DNA of 64,000 nucleotides from a virus (Duplodnaviria; Caudoviricetes): the IMG/VR virus record IMGVR_UViG_3300028888_000005, positions 1 to 64,000 of that record, one strand, 5' to 3'. Positions 10,466 to 20,009 of this stretch are shown here, piece after piece. A model generated the notes under the pieces. The model ran no database searches, was not told the origin of the DNA, and saw nothing but the letters and a program-made list of their open reading frames with translations. The position numbers and the translations under genes are program-made. How positions within the stretch are numbered: the stretch's first letter is position 1; the number at the start of each line of letters is the position of its first letter.

Positions 10466-10813
10466 TTAAGGGATTGTAGTAAGAAGCTGCATTGAACTGG
10501 CACACTTGTCATACCATATAAGGTAAACACCCGCAGGGGTAATCTGTGCTCCAGTAGCAGCTGTGCCGCCAACAACAGTCAGCGTCTGTAAAAACTCATT
10601 AGAGCTGAATACAACAGGAAGGGCTGCACCACCGGCAGGAATCTCCTGAGTAAGCCTGAAGGCCAGCAGACCGCTGTCAGCCAAACCCCTGAATGCCCTG
10701 CGCGGAATACCGATAACCACATTATCTGTGGTGACCTCCACTGATGTGGAAGCAATCATCGGAATACCACGGACATTAGAGAAATTACCTGGATAGTTAG
10801 TAGTACCAATCAT
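10466..10813 (-). CDS. hypothetical beta-rich protein
   Basis: Operon packing. Confidence 0.6.
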   Translation of the reverse strand: MIGTTNYPGNFSNVRGIPMIASTSVEVTTDNVVIGIPRRAFRGLADSGLLAFRLTQEIPAGGAALPVVFSSNEFLQTLTVVGGTAATGAQITPAGVYLIWYDKCASSMQLLTTIP

Positions 10814-10825
10814 AGCTCAATCCAA

Positions 10826-11746
10826 TCAGTTCCAGAAGTTATTCTGCGGATAAAAACCATAGTTACCCACCCAAGGAGTAGCGTTAGCTGCAACAATGTT
10901 GGGGTACTGCACAGGAACAGTGTTGGGCTGCTTTGCCGCAAGAACATTGATCTTCTCGTTCAGGGCATTCATGGCAGCATTGAAAGCCTCAGTCTGCTTG
11001 TCATTGCTGATTTGGCCACGAAGTTGCGTAATGATGTCGCCCTGGGTGTCAATCTTATTCTGCAATTCACGCTCCTTCAGGTCACAGAACTCCTTAGTGA
11101 TAAGAGTGTTTTGACCTGCAATGGCATTCAGGATGCTATTGGTGTTACGGTCTGCCTGTGAGCCAAGCTGATTGGTCTGTTGGCAGATAGCCAGCTTATC
11201 ATCACCGTTGAGTTGGGCAAGCTGCAAGCGAACATTAGCATCATGGTTGTCAATAGCGTTTTGCAGAGTATTAGTCTGGTTAACAATAGCCAGACGATTC
11301 TCGCAGCAGCACTCACAAATCTGACGTGAGAGATTAGCATTACCCAACTGGAGAGCGTTGATGGTCTCCAAGCCACTCATCCCTACTTGTGCGGTAGCCT
11401 GAGAGATGCCTAACTGTAACTGACCAAGAGTAGTCTTCACTGTATTGATGTCAGAGTTCAGCATGGTAGCAAGCTGGTTCAAGGCATCTGCACGGCCATT
11501 GATAGCCTGAAGCAGAAGGTCTCTGCCTGCATCATTGTTCATCTGGTTAGCGAGGAAGCCGGTGCCATTGTTACCACCGAAGCCACCAAAACCATTACCA
11601 TAACCACCCCACATCATCCACAGGAAAAGCACCCAAATCCAGTTACCGTTGTTGAAACCGCCGTTGTTCATCAGGGTCATCAGCAGCGCAGGATCAATGT
11701 TGCTCTTGTTGGAATCAGGAAACATAAAAACTTTACTGTCGTCCAT
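10826..11746 (-). CDS. Gly/Asn-rich TM plus coiled-coil phage protein
   Basis: WIWVLFLW segment, ICECCCEN motif; TAACTTTG box at 11801-11808. Confidence 0.7.
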   Translation of the reverse strand: MDDSKVFMFPDSNKSNIDPALLMTLMNNGGFNNGNWIWVLFLWMMWGGYGNGFGGFGGNNGTGFLANQMNNDAGRDLLLQAINGRADALNQLATMLNSDINTVKTTLGQLQLGISQATAQVGMSGLETINALQLGNANLSRQICECCCENRLAIVNQTNTLQNAIDNHDANVRLQLAQLNGDDKLAICQQTNQLGSQADRNTNSILNAIAGQNTLITKEFCDLKERELQNKIDTQGDIITQLRGQISNDKQTEAFNAAMNALNEKINVLAAKQPNTVPVQYPNIVAANATPWVGNYGFYPQNNFWN

Positions 11747-11868
11747 AGTTAATTTGATTAAAGATTATACGAAAGATGTCATATAGCTATATTGACGAAG
11801 CAAAGTTATAAAGCAAGCGGCAGCACTGCTAACAATGCCACCGCTTACACTAAGCAACTAAATATCAA

Positions 11869-12156
11869 TTATTTACTTTTAGGAGTGTATTTAAGTATAT
11901 CACTCCTGCGCCAGTACTTCTCCTTAAATCCTGCCTGGTGCTTACCTTCTGGTAGAAACCCGTCCCTTACAAGATTATCAAATGTCGCTCTGCTTATATT
12001 CAGATACTGGCAAGCCTGATACTTACTCATTCTGTTATCAGTTATTTCAGAGAGCATAGAGATGATTTTCTGCTCTTCATCCTCAGTTATGTTGGAATTA
12101 CCGGCATCAATGTCATCCAGTAATTTGACCAGCAGCTTCCTTATTACACTTAACAT
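11869..12156 (-). CDS. excisionase/AlpA-type HTH protein
   Basis: MSKYQACQYLNISRATFDNLVRDG. Confidence 0.65.
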   Translation of the reverse strand: MLSVIRKLLVKLLDDIDAGNSNITEDEEQKIISMLSEITDNRMSKYQACQYLNISRATFDNLVRDGFLPEGKHQAGFKEKYWRRSDILKYTPKSK

Positions 12157-12517
12157 AATGATAGAGAACTAAAAACAGAAATATGCCAGCTATATTAAAA
12201 TGCAACATAACCATGTTATATGCACTAAGTGGAATGCCTACATAATAGTCAAAGATGTTGATGACATCAGATACAAGAATGTAGTACAGGAACATCCTAT
12301 GGTATGTGCAGAACCTGAACACATAAGTAGCTATCAGGATGAACAGCCAAGGAAGTAAGGACATACCGCAGATGTGACTCAATACAGGAGCATCAATGCC
12401 AACCAGGGCTAATGCTGTATTCAACAAATAGCACATAGCAGTTATCATTGGTATGAACTTAAGCACCACAAGTAATAACTTATGACTGCTTTTTCTTAAC
12501 TGATCCTCCTTTGTCAT
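12113..12517 (-). CDS. multi-pass membrane protein
   Basis: About four hydrophobic segments; start uncertain. Confidence 0.55.
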   Translation of the reverse strand: MTKEDQLRKSSHKLLLVVLKFIPMITAMCYLLNTALALVGIDAPVLSHICGMSLLPWLFILIATYVFRFCTYHRMFLYYILVSDVINIFDYYVGIPLSAYNMVMLHFNIAGIFLFLVLYHYVKCNKEAAGQITG

Positions 12518-12602
12518 ATCTGTTCTTCTTTATGCCAGCTTTGGGACTCATTGGTTTGGGTCTTATAGCCTTGCGCTTTAATGAACTTGACTTTGCTTTC
12601 AT
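12480..12602 (-). CDS. 40-aa basic peptide (not in ORF track)
   Basis: MKAKSSSLKRKAIRPKPMSPKAGIKKNRYDKGGSVKKKQS, directly after TATCTTTG box at 12607-12614. Confidence 0.5.
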   Translation of the reverse strand: MKAKSSSLKRKAIRPKPMSPKAGIKKNRYDKGGSVKKKQS

Positions 12603-12620
12603 AGTACAAAGATAATAAAA

Positions 12621-12698
12621 TTAATGAACATAGCAGTGGATGCTCACCACCGATGCGATGAGCAGACCCGCCAAGATATGTTTCACTTTGTCGTTCAT
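12621..12698 (-). pseudogene. truncated membrane-protein gene start
   Basis: MNDKVKHILAGLLIASVVS then an abrupt switch to AT-rich sequence and a stop. Confidence 0.4.
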
Positions 12699-12700
12699 AA

Positions 12701-14938
12701 TCAGTCATTATTAATGTCACCTCCAGCCATCAGGATGAAGTTGACGATGTTAGCGATTCTTCTTCCTGTCTCATAATTGCGGTACATGTACTTGTCGGCA
12801 CTATCACCGCTTTGCGCATACTGGCTGCGCTCTGCCCACATCTGCGACACGTTGAGGTTGATGAAGAACGTGGGGATATCGTAGTTGTCGAAAGCGTAGT
12901 CACCGCACGTTGCGCCTGCGGTACTCTCAACATCTGGTGCATCCTCTCCTCGGTCATCCTCAAGATGGTTGCAGTAGTCAGTCAGCCATGTGGGTTCCGT
13001 GAGGTTCTTTGGGATGATTACCTGCGTCATGTAGTCGGTTGAGTAGTCGGGTTTGCCAACCGTAGATGCGGTGGTTTTCAACTCGCCGCCGCTGATTAGT
13101 GCGATAGCATCCGAATGGTCATCAATCCAATCAACGAAAATTCCGCTATCAGCAAAAGTTCCAACTCTCTCGCAACCATTTGCACCAACCTGCCATTTTT
13201 TGAACGTGCTAAATGAGTTATTTAAACTGCGAAGTCTGGCTTCGGCAGAATCATTGTTTCCAGAATTGATGTCGATACATGGCAGCACGACAATCGTGTA
13301 GTTCTGCTTGATTGTCTGCAAGAACGATGATTGGGAAACGATGTAGTTATTGCATAAGTACTCGGCAAGGACATACATACCGAACTCGGTAATCTTGTTG
13401 TCAACACCACATCGCATTGAACCACCCAAGAGCAACACCTTCTTATTGCCGTTTCCAAGCGTATATGAGTAGATGCTATCACCGCTTGAATTCTCGCCCA
13501 ACTTTGCCGACTTGGTGACATAGGTCGGGGAGTTTTCAACAAGCGCATCCCAGCGAGCATATACATCTGCAAATGTGACTTTCGTATGACTTGTTGTTGT
13601 GTCGGTACCGTCCATTCGCAAGCCCTGCCTCGTCATTGAAAGCGGGTAATCCCAATGGAAGTACTCGGCATTGGCATCCTCGTTGATTATCCAACCTTTG
13701 GTATTAATCATCTCATAGGCATAGATGAGCAGGTTGGCACGAATGCGAAGTGAGCGTGTCATCTGCTCTGCGTTGAACGTGTAGCCGAAATAACCGCCGA
13801 TGTACTCTGCCACCGATGCGAGAATACCAAGCGTGGAGTTTGCCCAAGCAGAAGTAGTGCCTGTGCTATACCCGCTTGCGTCATTAACATTCGGGTGAAC
13901 ATAACCGTATTCGTCGGCATCGGCATTTTCAAAGTCCCGATAGTCGGTGCCGCCAGCGAGACGCAACCTTTCCTCCTCAGCAATCAGGTCGGCAAGCAGT
14001 TGTCGTGCCATCACCGCATTGGCTCCATCCATGTTGTAGTTGAACCAGAAATGCTTATAGACATCACCGCCATCATGGTTATCGAACAAGTAGTCGATGT
14101 TCTCTACACCGATAGTGTCAATGATATGCTTGACATGGCGCACCTCGCTGCGCTGGAATGGATAGTTGCCAGCACGTCCAGTTCCGTCAATACTATACTG
14201 ATGAATGAAGTCGAAGTTGCGGTTCATGTTCATGCCGTAATCGCCTGCTTGATTGGTGTCGTGGAACACATCATTCCAGTCAGTCCAAGGCACATTCATC
14301 GACGAATGGTCGAAACCCCAAGGATTGACGCAAGGCACTACGATGAATCGAACATTGTCACGCAGCGGCCTCAATCGTGAATAAGCCGACTCGTTGCAAT
14401 GGTTGCAGATGATGTTGAAGATACGCAGTATTGTCTGCGGTGCGTCCTTCTCGTTTCCGTGAATACAAGCCTGCACATAGAACGTCTTGGTGTAGTTGGC
14501 AGGGGTGAACTCATAGTGCCATAGCGGATAATCGCCATAGCCATCCTCGCTGTACCTCGTCTTGGTGATAGTGCCAAGATAACTTGAATTGTCCTTCAAG
14601 TCATCGTAGGCATCTATCAGCGTTTCATAGTTGTACTTGTTGTAGGTGGATGCCTCTTGTGTTGGAGGTAGCCACAACCCTACCGATGGTGGTGTAGGCG
14701 GTTCGGGTATGTCACTACCCACCTGCACATCGCCAAAGTACAATCCGTCTGCCTTGCGGATAAGGCCGACACTATTGCTGGACTCGGCAATCACCGCTCC
14801 GTCAAGGTAGAGTTTGTTACCGACTACATACAAACCTGCCCTATTCAAACTGCCACCATTGGCCACCACAACCCCGTCAAGCGACAGGGTTCGGATAGTG
14901 CCGTTGGATATTTCGATTCCGTTTGCCATTATTTCCAA
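12701..14938 (-). CDS. protein with tandem M14 zinc-carboxypeptidase/deacylase-like domains (probably virion)
   Basis: Domain 1: IHGNE, VNPWG, NMNRNF, DNH. Domain 2 is parallel but lacks HxxE. Confidence 0.7.
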   Translation of the reverse strand: MEIMANGIEISNGTIRTLSLDGVVVANGGSLNRAGLYVVGNKLYLDGAVIAESSNSVGLIRKADGLYFGDVQVGSDIPEPPTPPSVGLWLPPTQEASTYNKYNYETLIDAYDDLKDNSSYLGTITKTRYSEDGYGDYPLWHYEFTPANYTKTFYVQACIHGNEKDAPQTILRIFNIICNHCNESAYSRLRPLRDNVRFIVVPCVNPWGFDHSSMNVPWTDWNDVFHDTNQAGDYGMNMNRNFDFIHQYSIDGTGRAGNYPFQRSEVRHVKHIIDTIGVENIDYLFDNHDGGDVYKHFWFNYNMDGANAVMARQLLADLIAEEERLRLAGGTDYRDFENADADEYGYVHPNVNDASGYSTGTTSAWANSTLGILASVAEYIGGYFGYTFNAEQMTRSLRIRANLLIYAYEMINTKGWIINEDANAEYFHWDYPLSMTRQGLRMDGTDTTTSHTKVTFADVYARWDALVENSPTYVTKSAKLGENSSGDSIYSYTLGNGNKKVLLLGGSMRCGVDNKITEFGMYVLAEYLCNNYIVSQSSFLQTIKQNYTIVVLPCIDINSGNNDSAEARLRSLNNSFSTFKKWQVGANGCERVGTFADSGIFVDWIDDHSDAIALISGGELKTTASTVGKPDYSTDYMTQVIIPKNLTEPTWLTDYCNHLEDDRGEDAPDVESTAGATCGDYAFDNYDIPTFFINLNVSQMWAERSQYAQSGDSADKYMYRNYETGRRIANIVNFILMAGGDINND

Positions 14939-16371
14939 GCATTGTCAACTTGTGAAACATTTTCAAAGTTACCTCCAGCGAAGCATCCAGAGGTGGTGGT
15001 CGAACCAGTGACCTTGGTTGCAAGGACATCGTACAATTTCTTGGCATCGCCAGTCAGTCCACTACCCGCTGAAGCGGTCATGTTTTTGCAACTGGTGACG
15101 GTGCCAGCAGCCACAAGGTTAAAGAAATCATCGGGCAATGCCGCAGTTCCTTGGAAGTTATAGAACATCGTATTGAATGCAGTGACAGAACCGATAACCG
15201 CTTTCAGTTCGTCAAGTTGGTCAGCCGTGAACACGATGGATGTGCCGTAGAACATCTGCGAGCATGATGTCAATGCCACACCGCTCTTGGTCAAGTGGCT
15301 CAACAAGCCATCGGGTAGCGATGTGAGTGCGGTATTCTTGAATGTTACTTCTGGGTTGGTGTTGTTGTGTAACGCATTGGCGCAGATGCTTGCGAGATTC
15401 GGCCCGAAGCCTTTCGCATTGTTGTCAGCGGCATAATTGAATAGTATGTCACACTCAAGGCTGTTGTCGAGAATGGCAACGAGTGCCTCCTTGTTACAAC
15501 AATCTTCGCTTCCCCATACCAGTTGGTCGCACCTGCTACCACGAATAGTGATGGTGAACTCGTCACCTGCGCTGCCAGTATATTTGTGGCTACAACCTTG
15601 TTTTACACCACTTTTGTCCGCACCATCATTGTTGTATGTGCTTGTTGTGCCATCATCCCAGTCAATGGTTAGATTGTACTTTGCGCCATTGTTGTTTGTT
15701 ATAGGCACATACTCGGTGGAGTTGTTGTCAGTCAGTTTAATCTTGAACTGGAACTTGTGGTCAACGGCAATGGTGAAGGTCTGCGAAGCGACCTCGCTGC
15801 TGCCGAATCGGTTAACGGCAATGGCCTTGATAGTCGTCTCCTCGGTCACTTGTATAGGCTCGGTATCATCGTACTGAGTGCTTGACGTGGTTGGTGTGGT
15901 GCCGTCGGTGGTATAGTAGATGGTCTCGCCAGTGCCAGCGGAAATAGCCACCGTACCGCCACCTACGGGGAACTCGTTAGGAGTGGACGTCGTGTCACTC
16001 ATCGTGAATGTCGGGGCGTTAGGCACCTCGCCAATCTCTACAACACCGCCAGCCATGTCAACGAACACACCATTGCCGATGTGGAATATCGGTTTGCGGA
16101 TGGTGTCGCTGCCGACAGTATCAACGAGCATCCACATAAAACTACCCGTGTCGGTTTGGCTTCTGGTGACTGCTTGCTGGTATGTGCCAGAGGCTATAGC
16201 CACCTTCGCATCCACCTCGCTCTTGTTGTACGTCTGCGACTTGGGATAGTAGTTACTAAAATCATCACCGCCACCTGAGCCTGTCTTTACCTCAACATAA
16301 CTTCCGTCTATATTGACATAGAACTTACCTGAAGCCTTATCATAAAATAACTTGTCTACTTTCGTAATCAT
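14929..16371 (-). CDS. fibre-like protein (FN3-associated, PKD-like and BspA-like segments)
   Basis: TIYYTTDGTTPTTSS, TIDWDDGT, LTSLPDGL/CSQMFYG repeats. Confidence 0.6.
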   Translation of the reverse strand: MITKVDKLFYDKASGKFYVNIDGSYVEVKTGSGGGDDFSNYYPKSQTYNKSEVDAKVAIASGTYQQAVTRSQTDTGSFMWMLVDTVGSDTIRKPIFHIGNGVFVDMAGGVVEIGEVPNAPTFTMSDTTSTPNEFPVGGGTVAISAGTGETIYYTTDGTTPTTSSTQYDDTEPIQVTEETTIKAIAVNRFGSSEVASQTFTIAVDHKFQFKIKLTDNNSTEYVPITNNNGAKYNLTIDWDDGTTSTYNNDGADKSGVKQGCSHKYTGSAGDEFTITIRGSRCDQLVWGSEDCCNKEALVAILDNSLECDILFNYAADNNAKGFGPNLASICANALHNNTNPEVTFKNTALTSLPDGLLSHLTKSGVALTSCSQMFYGTSIVFTADQLDELKAVIGSVTAFNTMFYNFQGTAALPDDFFNLVAAGTVTSCKNMTASAGSGLTGDAKKLYDVLATKVTGSTTTSGCFAGGNFENVSQVDNAWK

Positions 16372-16393
16372 CGTATTGTTGTTTAGTTGTTAG

Positions 16394-19300
16394 TTAAATT
16401 TCTTCAAATCCTGTTGTAAGGCTAACCCACGATGACCAGACAGAAGCCTGTTCATAAGTTGTCTTTGACCCAGCAGGAACATATATAGGGGTATTGATGT
16501 GATTGGTGTCGGGCTTGTTACTACTGTTTATAAGCCAGTTGTAATTACCTATAGCTGGCGGTGCGACCGCAGAGATAATCAAATCAGTTTTGTTTCTCTT
16601 ATTCAGAAACAGCCCAGAGTCAGTAACATTGGATGTATCAAAATTACCTAGATATAATCTGGTAAATTGGGTGTCATGGAACGCCTGATTCACTCTTAAT
16701 AGAGCAGGTGTGTCCCAATCCTCAAGATCTAATGCAGGTATAGCAGTAGCGCCAAATGCATTATTTATGTAACTAAGATTGATGACATCCCAGGCGTATA
16801 AACCATCAAGTTCAGTTAATTGGGTACAATTTTCAAAGGCTCCGCTAATAAACTCAATACCAGATTGAACGACCATACCGCGGATACTTATTAGAGATGA
16901 ACAGTTTCTGAACAACTGGTATAATGTTTGTGTGGTCTCCGAAGCTCTATTAGTATTTTGTTTAATTGGTACGCCACCAAGATCAATGGAAATGATGGAC
17001 GAACATCCGGAAAAGTTAAAGATATAGCCGTCCTTTGTAAATCCATGTATCTCAGTAATGCCTGTTATGGTTCCTTTTCTGTACTCACCGTAATCCTCCC
17101 AAGAGCCAAAAGATTGTGCAATACCATCTTGGTCATAAATCTTAATAGTATTACTCAAATCAGCGGAAGCAACGACAGTAATCGTTTCAGTATTAGCCGT
17201 GGCGATAATGTTTACCTTACCTGCATAATTAGAGAATACACTGGCCTCAATAGCCACTGTTTTTGTACCGTCCTGGTTTGTTGTACATGAAATGCCACTT
17301 ATATTTCCAGATACACTGCCTTCTTTGAACACAGTAACACCTCCGATATTAATTTTAATGTCATCATTAAACGAGGAGGTACCAGGATTAAAAGTAACAC
17401 TATAGCCATCAGATACAGTTACGTCTGTCTGCGGATAGCCAAACGGATTGTTGTTGGTGATGTATGTATTATTACTGTCTGTATATGTCAGGTTCATCAG
17501 TTTAAGTGTAACAAGACGTTTTTCAACAACACTTGATACGGGGACCGCTAAACCATCAACATAGATATCGGAACGGATGCCTGTGATTGTTATCCTACCA
17601 CTAGTTGTATCTACCTTGTTGTAGTTGAACATATCATAGTCATTGCCCTGCGTTAGCGCATTGCCAGCAGAGTCTACGAGAGAGATAGAGCCAGAATCGG
17701 GAACACTATACGCGGAGCTGTCTACAACACTAAGGATGTCTGTATAGTCAACAGGGTTATTGTCCGTTACAGTAACCATCTTTGTTTGCAGGTAAAGTCC
17801 ACTTTGAGCTGCTGATTGCGTCAGCTGAATTGTACGTGTAACGCTCTGCACAGCTCTCAGCTTAACTATGACAGATATACTAGCCTGAACATTCTCTACA
17901 ACAACTTGGCACCTTATGCCATCAGTAATTGTTGTCGGAACCTGAACTGCACCATGCATGACGACAACAGAATCGAACCTGTATGAGGTAGATCCTGTGC
18001 TGTCGGCATTCAGCAGACATGTATAAGTTTCACCTTCGTAAGCAAAATTAACATGGTCACCTGTTTTTGTATAGGTTCCGACAGAGAAGGCTGCCTCATA
18101 AAAATTCACGTCATATTTCTGTTTCGTGCTGGTTTCTGTGATGCTTACTCCGATGTTACCGTCTACATTCTCCCAACGTAGAGCACAGCTTGTTGCACCT
18201 GGATCTACAGCCACAGTTTTACTGTCGTTACCCATAGTTACCTCAAACGATGTGATTGTATAGTCACTCGGCAGAGAATCAAAACTTGCAATGGTTTCAA
18301 ATGTGCTGCCCTCAATAATCTGGTCCTGATATGTTTCACTGAAGGAAACATACTTGCCTGCTCCAGTTGCAGACGGAAGAGTTACATTATACTTCTCGGC
18401 ATTGCGGACAGAAGATGTAACCGTAACTGTCATATCTGACGTAATATCCGTTAAAGTGATAACGGCCTCTTTTTTATTGCTCTTCCCTATGCTTATACCG
18501 CTGCTGTCACCTGTAGTGGTTGAATAGGACAAAGCGTTGAGGAATTTATCAGATTCACGAGGTGTCACGTAAAGTTTGACAGTGCCATTATTGCTGACTG
18601 TGATCCTTCTACCACTAACCTCATTACCACGTGAATCCCTGATGTAAACAACACCTGACGAGGAGTTCATAACAGAAACAGAAACACCGTCTGTAATGGT
18701 CCAGTCAGTGCCAGCAGTGTAGGGTGTGTTGTCTGTGAATGCGATGTTCGCAAGAGAGTTTGTCAGATCCATAATGGCCTTCTTAAGGGTATGACCCTGA
18801 TCAGCACCGAGGGCTTTCGTTGGATCATCGCTATCAAGTGAGTTCTCAATACTGAGCGCATCTATTTTAAGATTATTAATAGCCTCTCTTATCAGGCCAA
18901 CAACAGCGTCGTAGCTTTGATATCTGCGTGTATTAGCATTGAAGTCAGCGGCAGCTTTGGTAACAATGCCCCAGCTAGAACTGACCTTACTGAGAAGCTG
19001 GGCTTGTTCATCTGTAAGCCCAGTACCGCTATAATCGCGTTCTTCAAGTTCACTTATAGTCTGGTATAGGTAAGTGAGGGCCTCAGCGACAGAGACACTG
19101 GTTGAGACTGTCTCATCATCTTCTGGAGTAGTGTACGAAATATCCTCAGCGGTAATTTCATTACCTTCATCATCACGCGGTGCGTCAATACTCCTCTTCA
19201 GCTCAGACAGGATAGCACCTAGCGTATGGTTGGTCAATCCGTCAACATTTAACTGAAGAGAAGAGAGGTCAATGTTGTTAGACACATAAGCAGCAACAAC

Positions 19301-19450
19301 AGCTAAAAGGGCAAGTCTGTTCTCGTTGTTCTGGATAACAGGAACATAAGTGTCTCCATCCACATTAGATGTCTTTTTAAACTCAGTATCACGGACAGAC
19401 AAACGCCGCATATACTCAGCTATTCTCTGTATATCTTGTTTAGTAAGCAT
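16394..19450 (-). CDS. tail fibre with Ig-like repeats and C-terminal BspA/DUF285-like LRR
   Basis: S/T/V-rich beta repeats; WDVINL, WDTPAL, FDTSNVT, IYVPAGS..Y...W. Confidence 0.7.
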   Translation of the reverse strand: MLTKQDIQRIAEYMRRLSVRDTEFKKTSNVDGDTYVPVIQNNENRLALLAVVAAYVSNNIDLSSLQLNVDGLTNHTLGAILSELKRSIDAPRDDEGNEITAEDISYTTPEDDETVSTSVSVAEALTYLYQTISELEERDYSGTGLTDEQAQLLSKVSSSWGIVTKAAADFNANTRRYQSYDAVVGLIREAINNLKIDALSIENSLDSDDPTKALGADQGHTLKKAIMDLTNSLANIAFTDNTPYTAGTDWTITDGVSVSVMNSSSGVVYIRDSRGNEVSGRRITVSNNGTVKLYVTPRESDKFLNALSYSTTTGDSSGISIGKSNKKEAVITLTDITSDMTVTVTSSVRNAEKYNVTLPSATGAGKYVSFSETYQDQIIEGSTFETIASFDSLPSDYTITSFEVTMGNDSKTVAVDPGATSCALRWENVDGNIGVSITETSTKQKYDVNFYEAAFSVGTYTKTGDHVNFAYEGETYTCLLNADSTGSTSYRFDSVVVMHGAVQVPTTITDGIRCQVVVENVQASISVIVKLRAVQSVTRTIQLTQSAAQSGLYLQTKMVTVTDNNPVDYTDILSVVDSSAYSVPDSGSISLVDSAGNALTQGNDYDMFNYNKVDTTSGRITITGIRSDIYVDGLAVPVSSVVEKRLVTLKLMNLTYTDSNNTYITNNNPFGYPQTDVTVSDGYSVTFNPGTSSFNDDIKINIGGVTVFKEGSVSGNISGISCTTNQDGTKTVAIEASVFSNYAGKVNIIATANTETITVVASADLSNTIKIYDQDGIAQSFGSWEDYGEYRKGTITGITEIHGFTKDGYIFNFSGCSSIISIDLGGVPIKQNTNRASETTQTLYQLFRNCSSLISIRGMVVQSGIEFISGAFENCTQLTELDGLYAWDVINLSYINNAFGATAIPALDLEDWDTPALLRVNQAFHDTQFTRLYLGNFDTSNVTDSGLFLNKRNKTDLIISAVAPPAIGNYNWLINSSNKPDTNHINTPIYVPAGSKTTYEQASVWSSWVSLTTGFEEI

Positions 19451-19473
19451 ATAATATATTATTTAGTTGTTAG

Positions 19474-19998
19474 TTATTGAGCTGTATTTGAAATATCTGA
19501 CAGCGGTTTAAAATCGGAACCATTCCATACATACCACCCAACAGGGTAAGCTGTCGTCCCGTATGCATTGTAATAAGGTCTGCCTTTCTGTGGAGTAATG
19601 TTTAAGGTATGATCATCGTCATCATAGTCACGAACATAACGCAACTTGTTATTGATGAAATATGTCTTACCAGCAGTACTTCCAGGGGGCTTAGTCTTAA
19701 TACCATAAATGACATTATGCATTAAATTCATCGTGATAGTATTAAACGTGCCAATGTCCTTTGCAATGAGGCATAGTCCGAGGTATACGGACTCTGCTGT
19801 TGTTACACCGGTGTAACTTCCAAAATTAGGAATCCCTGAAAACACACCGTGCTCTGCCACGTAGGAAACACTCTCTATCAATTCGGCGAGCCTAGCCGCA
19901 GAAGCTAGACTATTCGGGTCATTTGGGTTGTCAGTCTCAAGACGAAACTCAACACCGCCAAACTTAAACTTGTTTTTTACATTAGATATCTCTGACAT
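19474..19998 (-). CDS. putative tail/fibre-associated protein
   Basis: Position; C-term YVWNGSDF. Confidence 0.5.
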   Translation of the reverse strand: MSEISNVKNKFKFGGVEFRLETDNPNDPNSLASAARLAELIESVSYVAEHGVFSGIPNFGSYTGVTTAESVYLGLCLIAKDIGTFNTITMNLMHNVIYGIKTKPPGSTAGKTYFINNKLRYVRDYDDDDHTLNITPQKGRPYYNAYGTTAYPVGWYVWNGSDFKPLSDISNTAQ

Positions 19999-20009
19999 AT
20001 GCGTAAGTA

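Noticed and set aside
12514-12720. 68-aa ORF in the track
   Set aside because: Better explained by a truncated gene, a promoter box and a 40-aa basic ORF in other frames.
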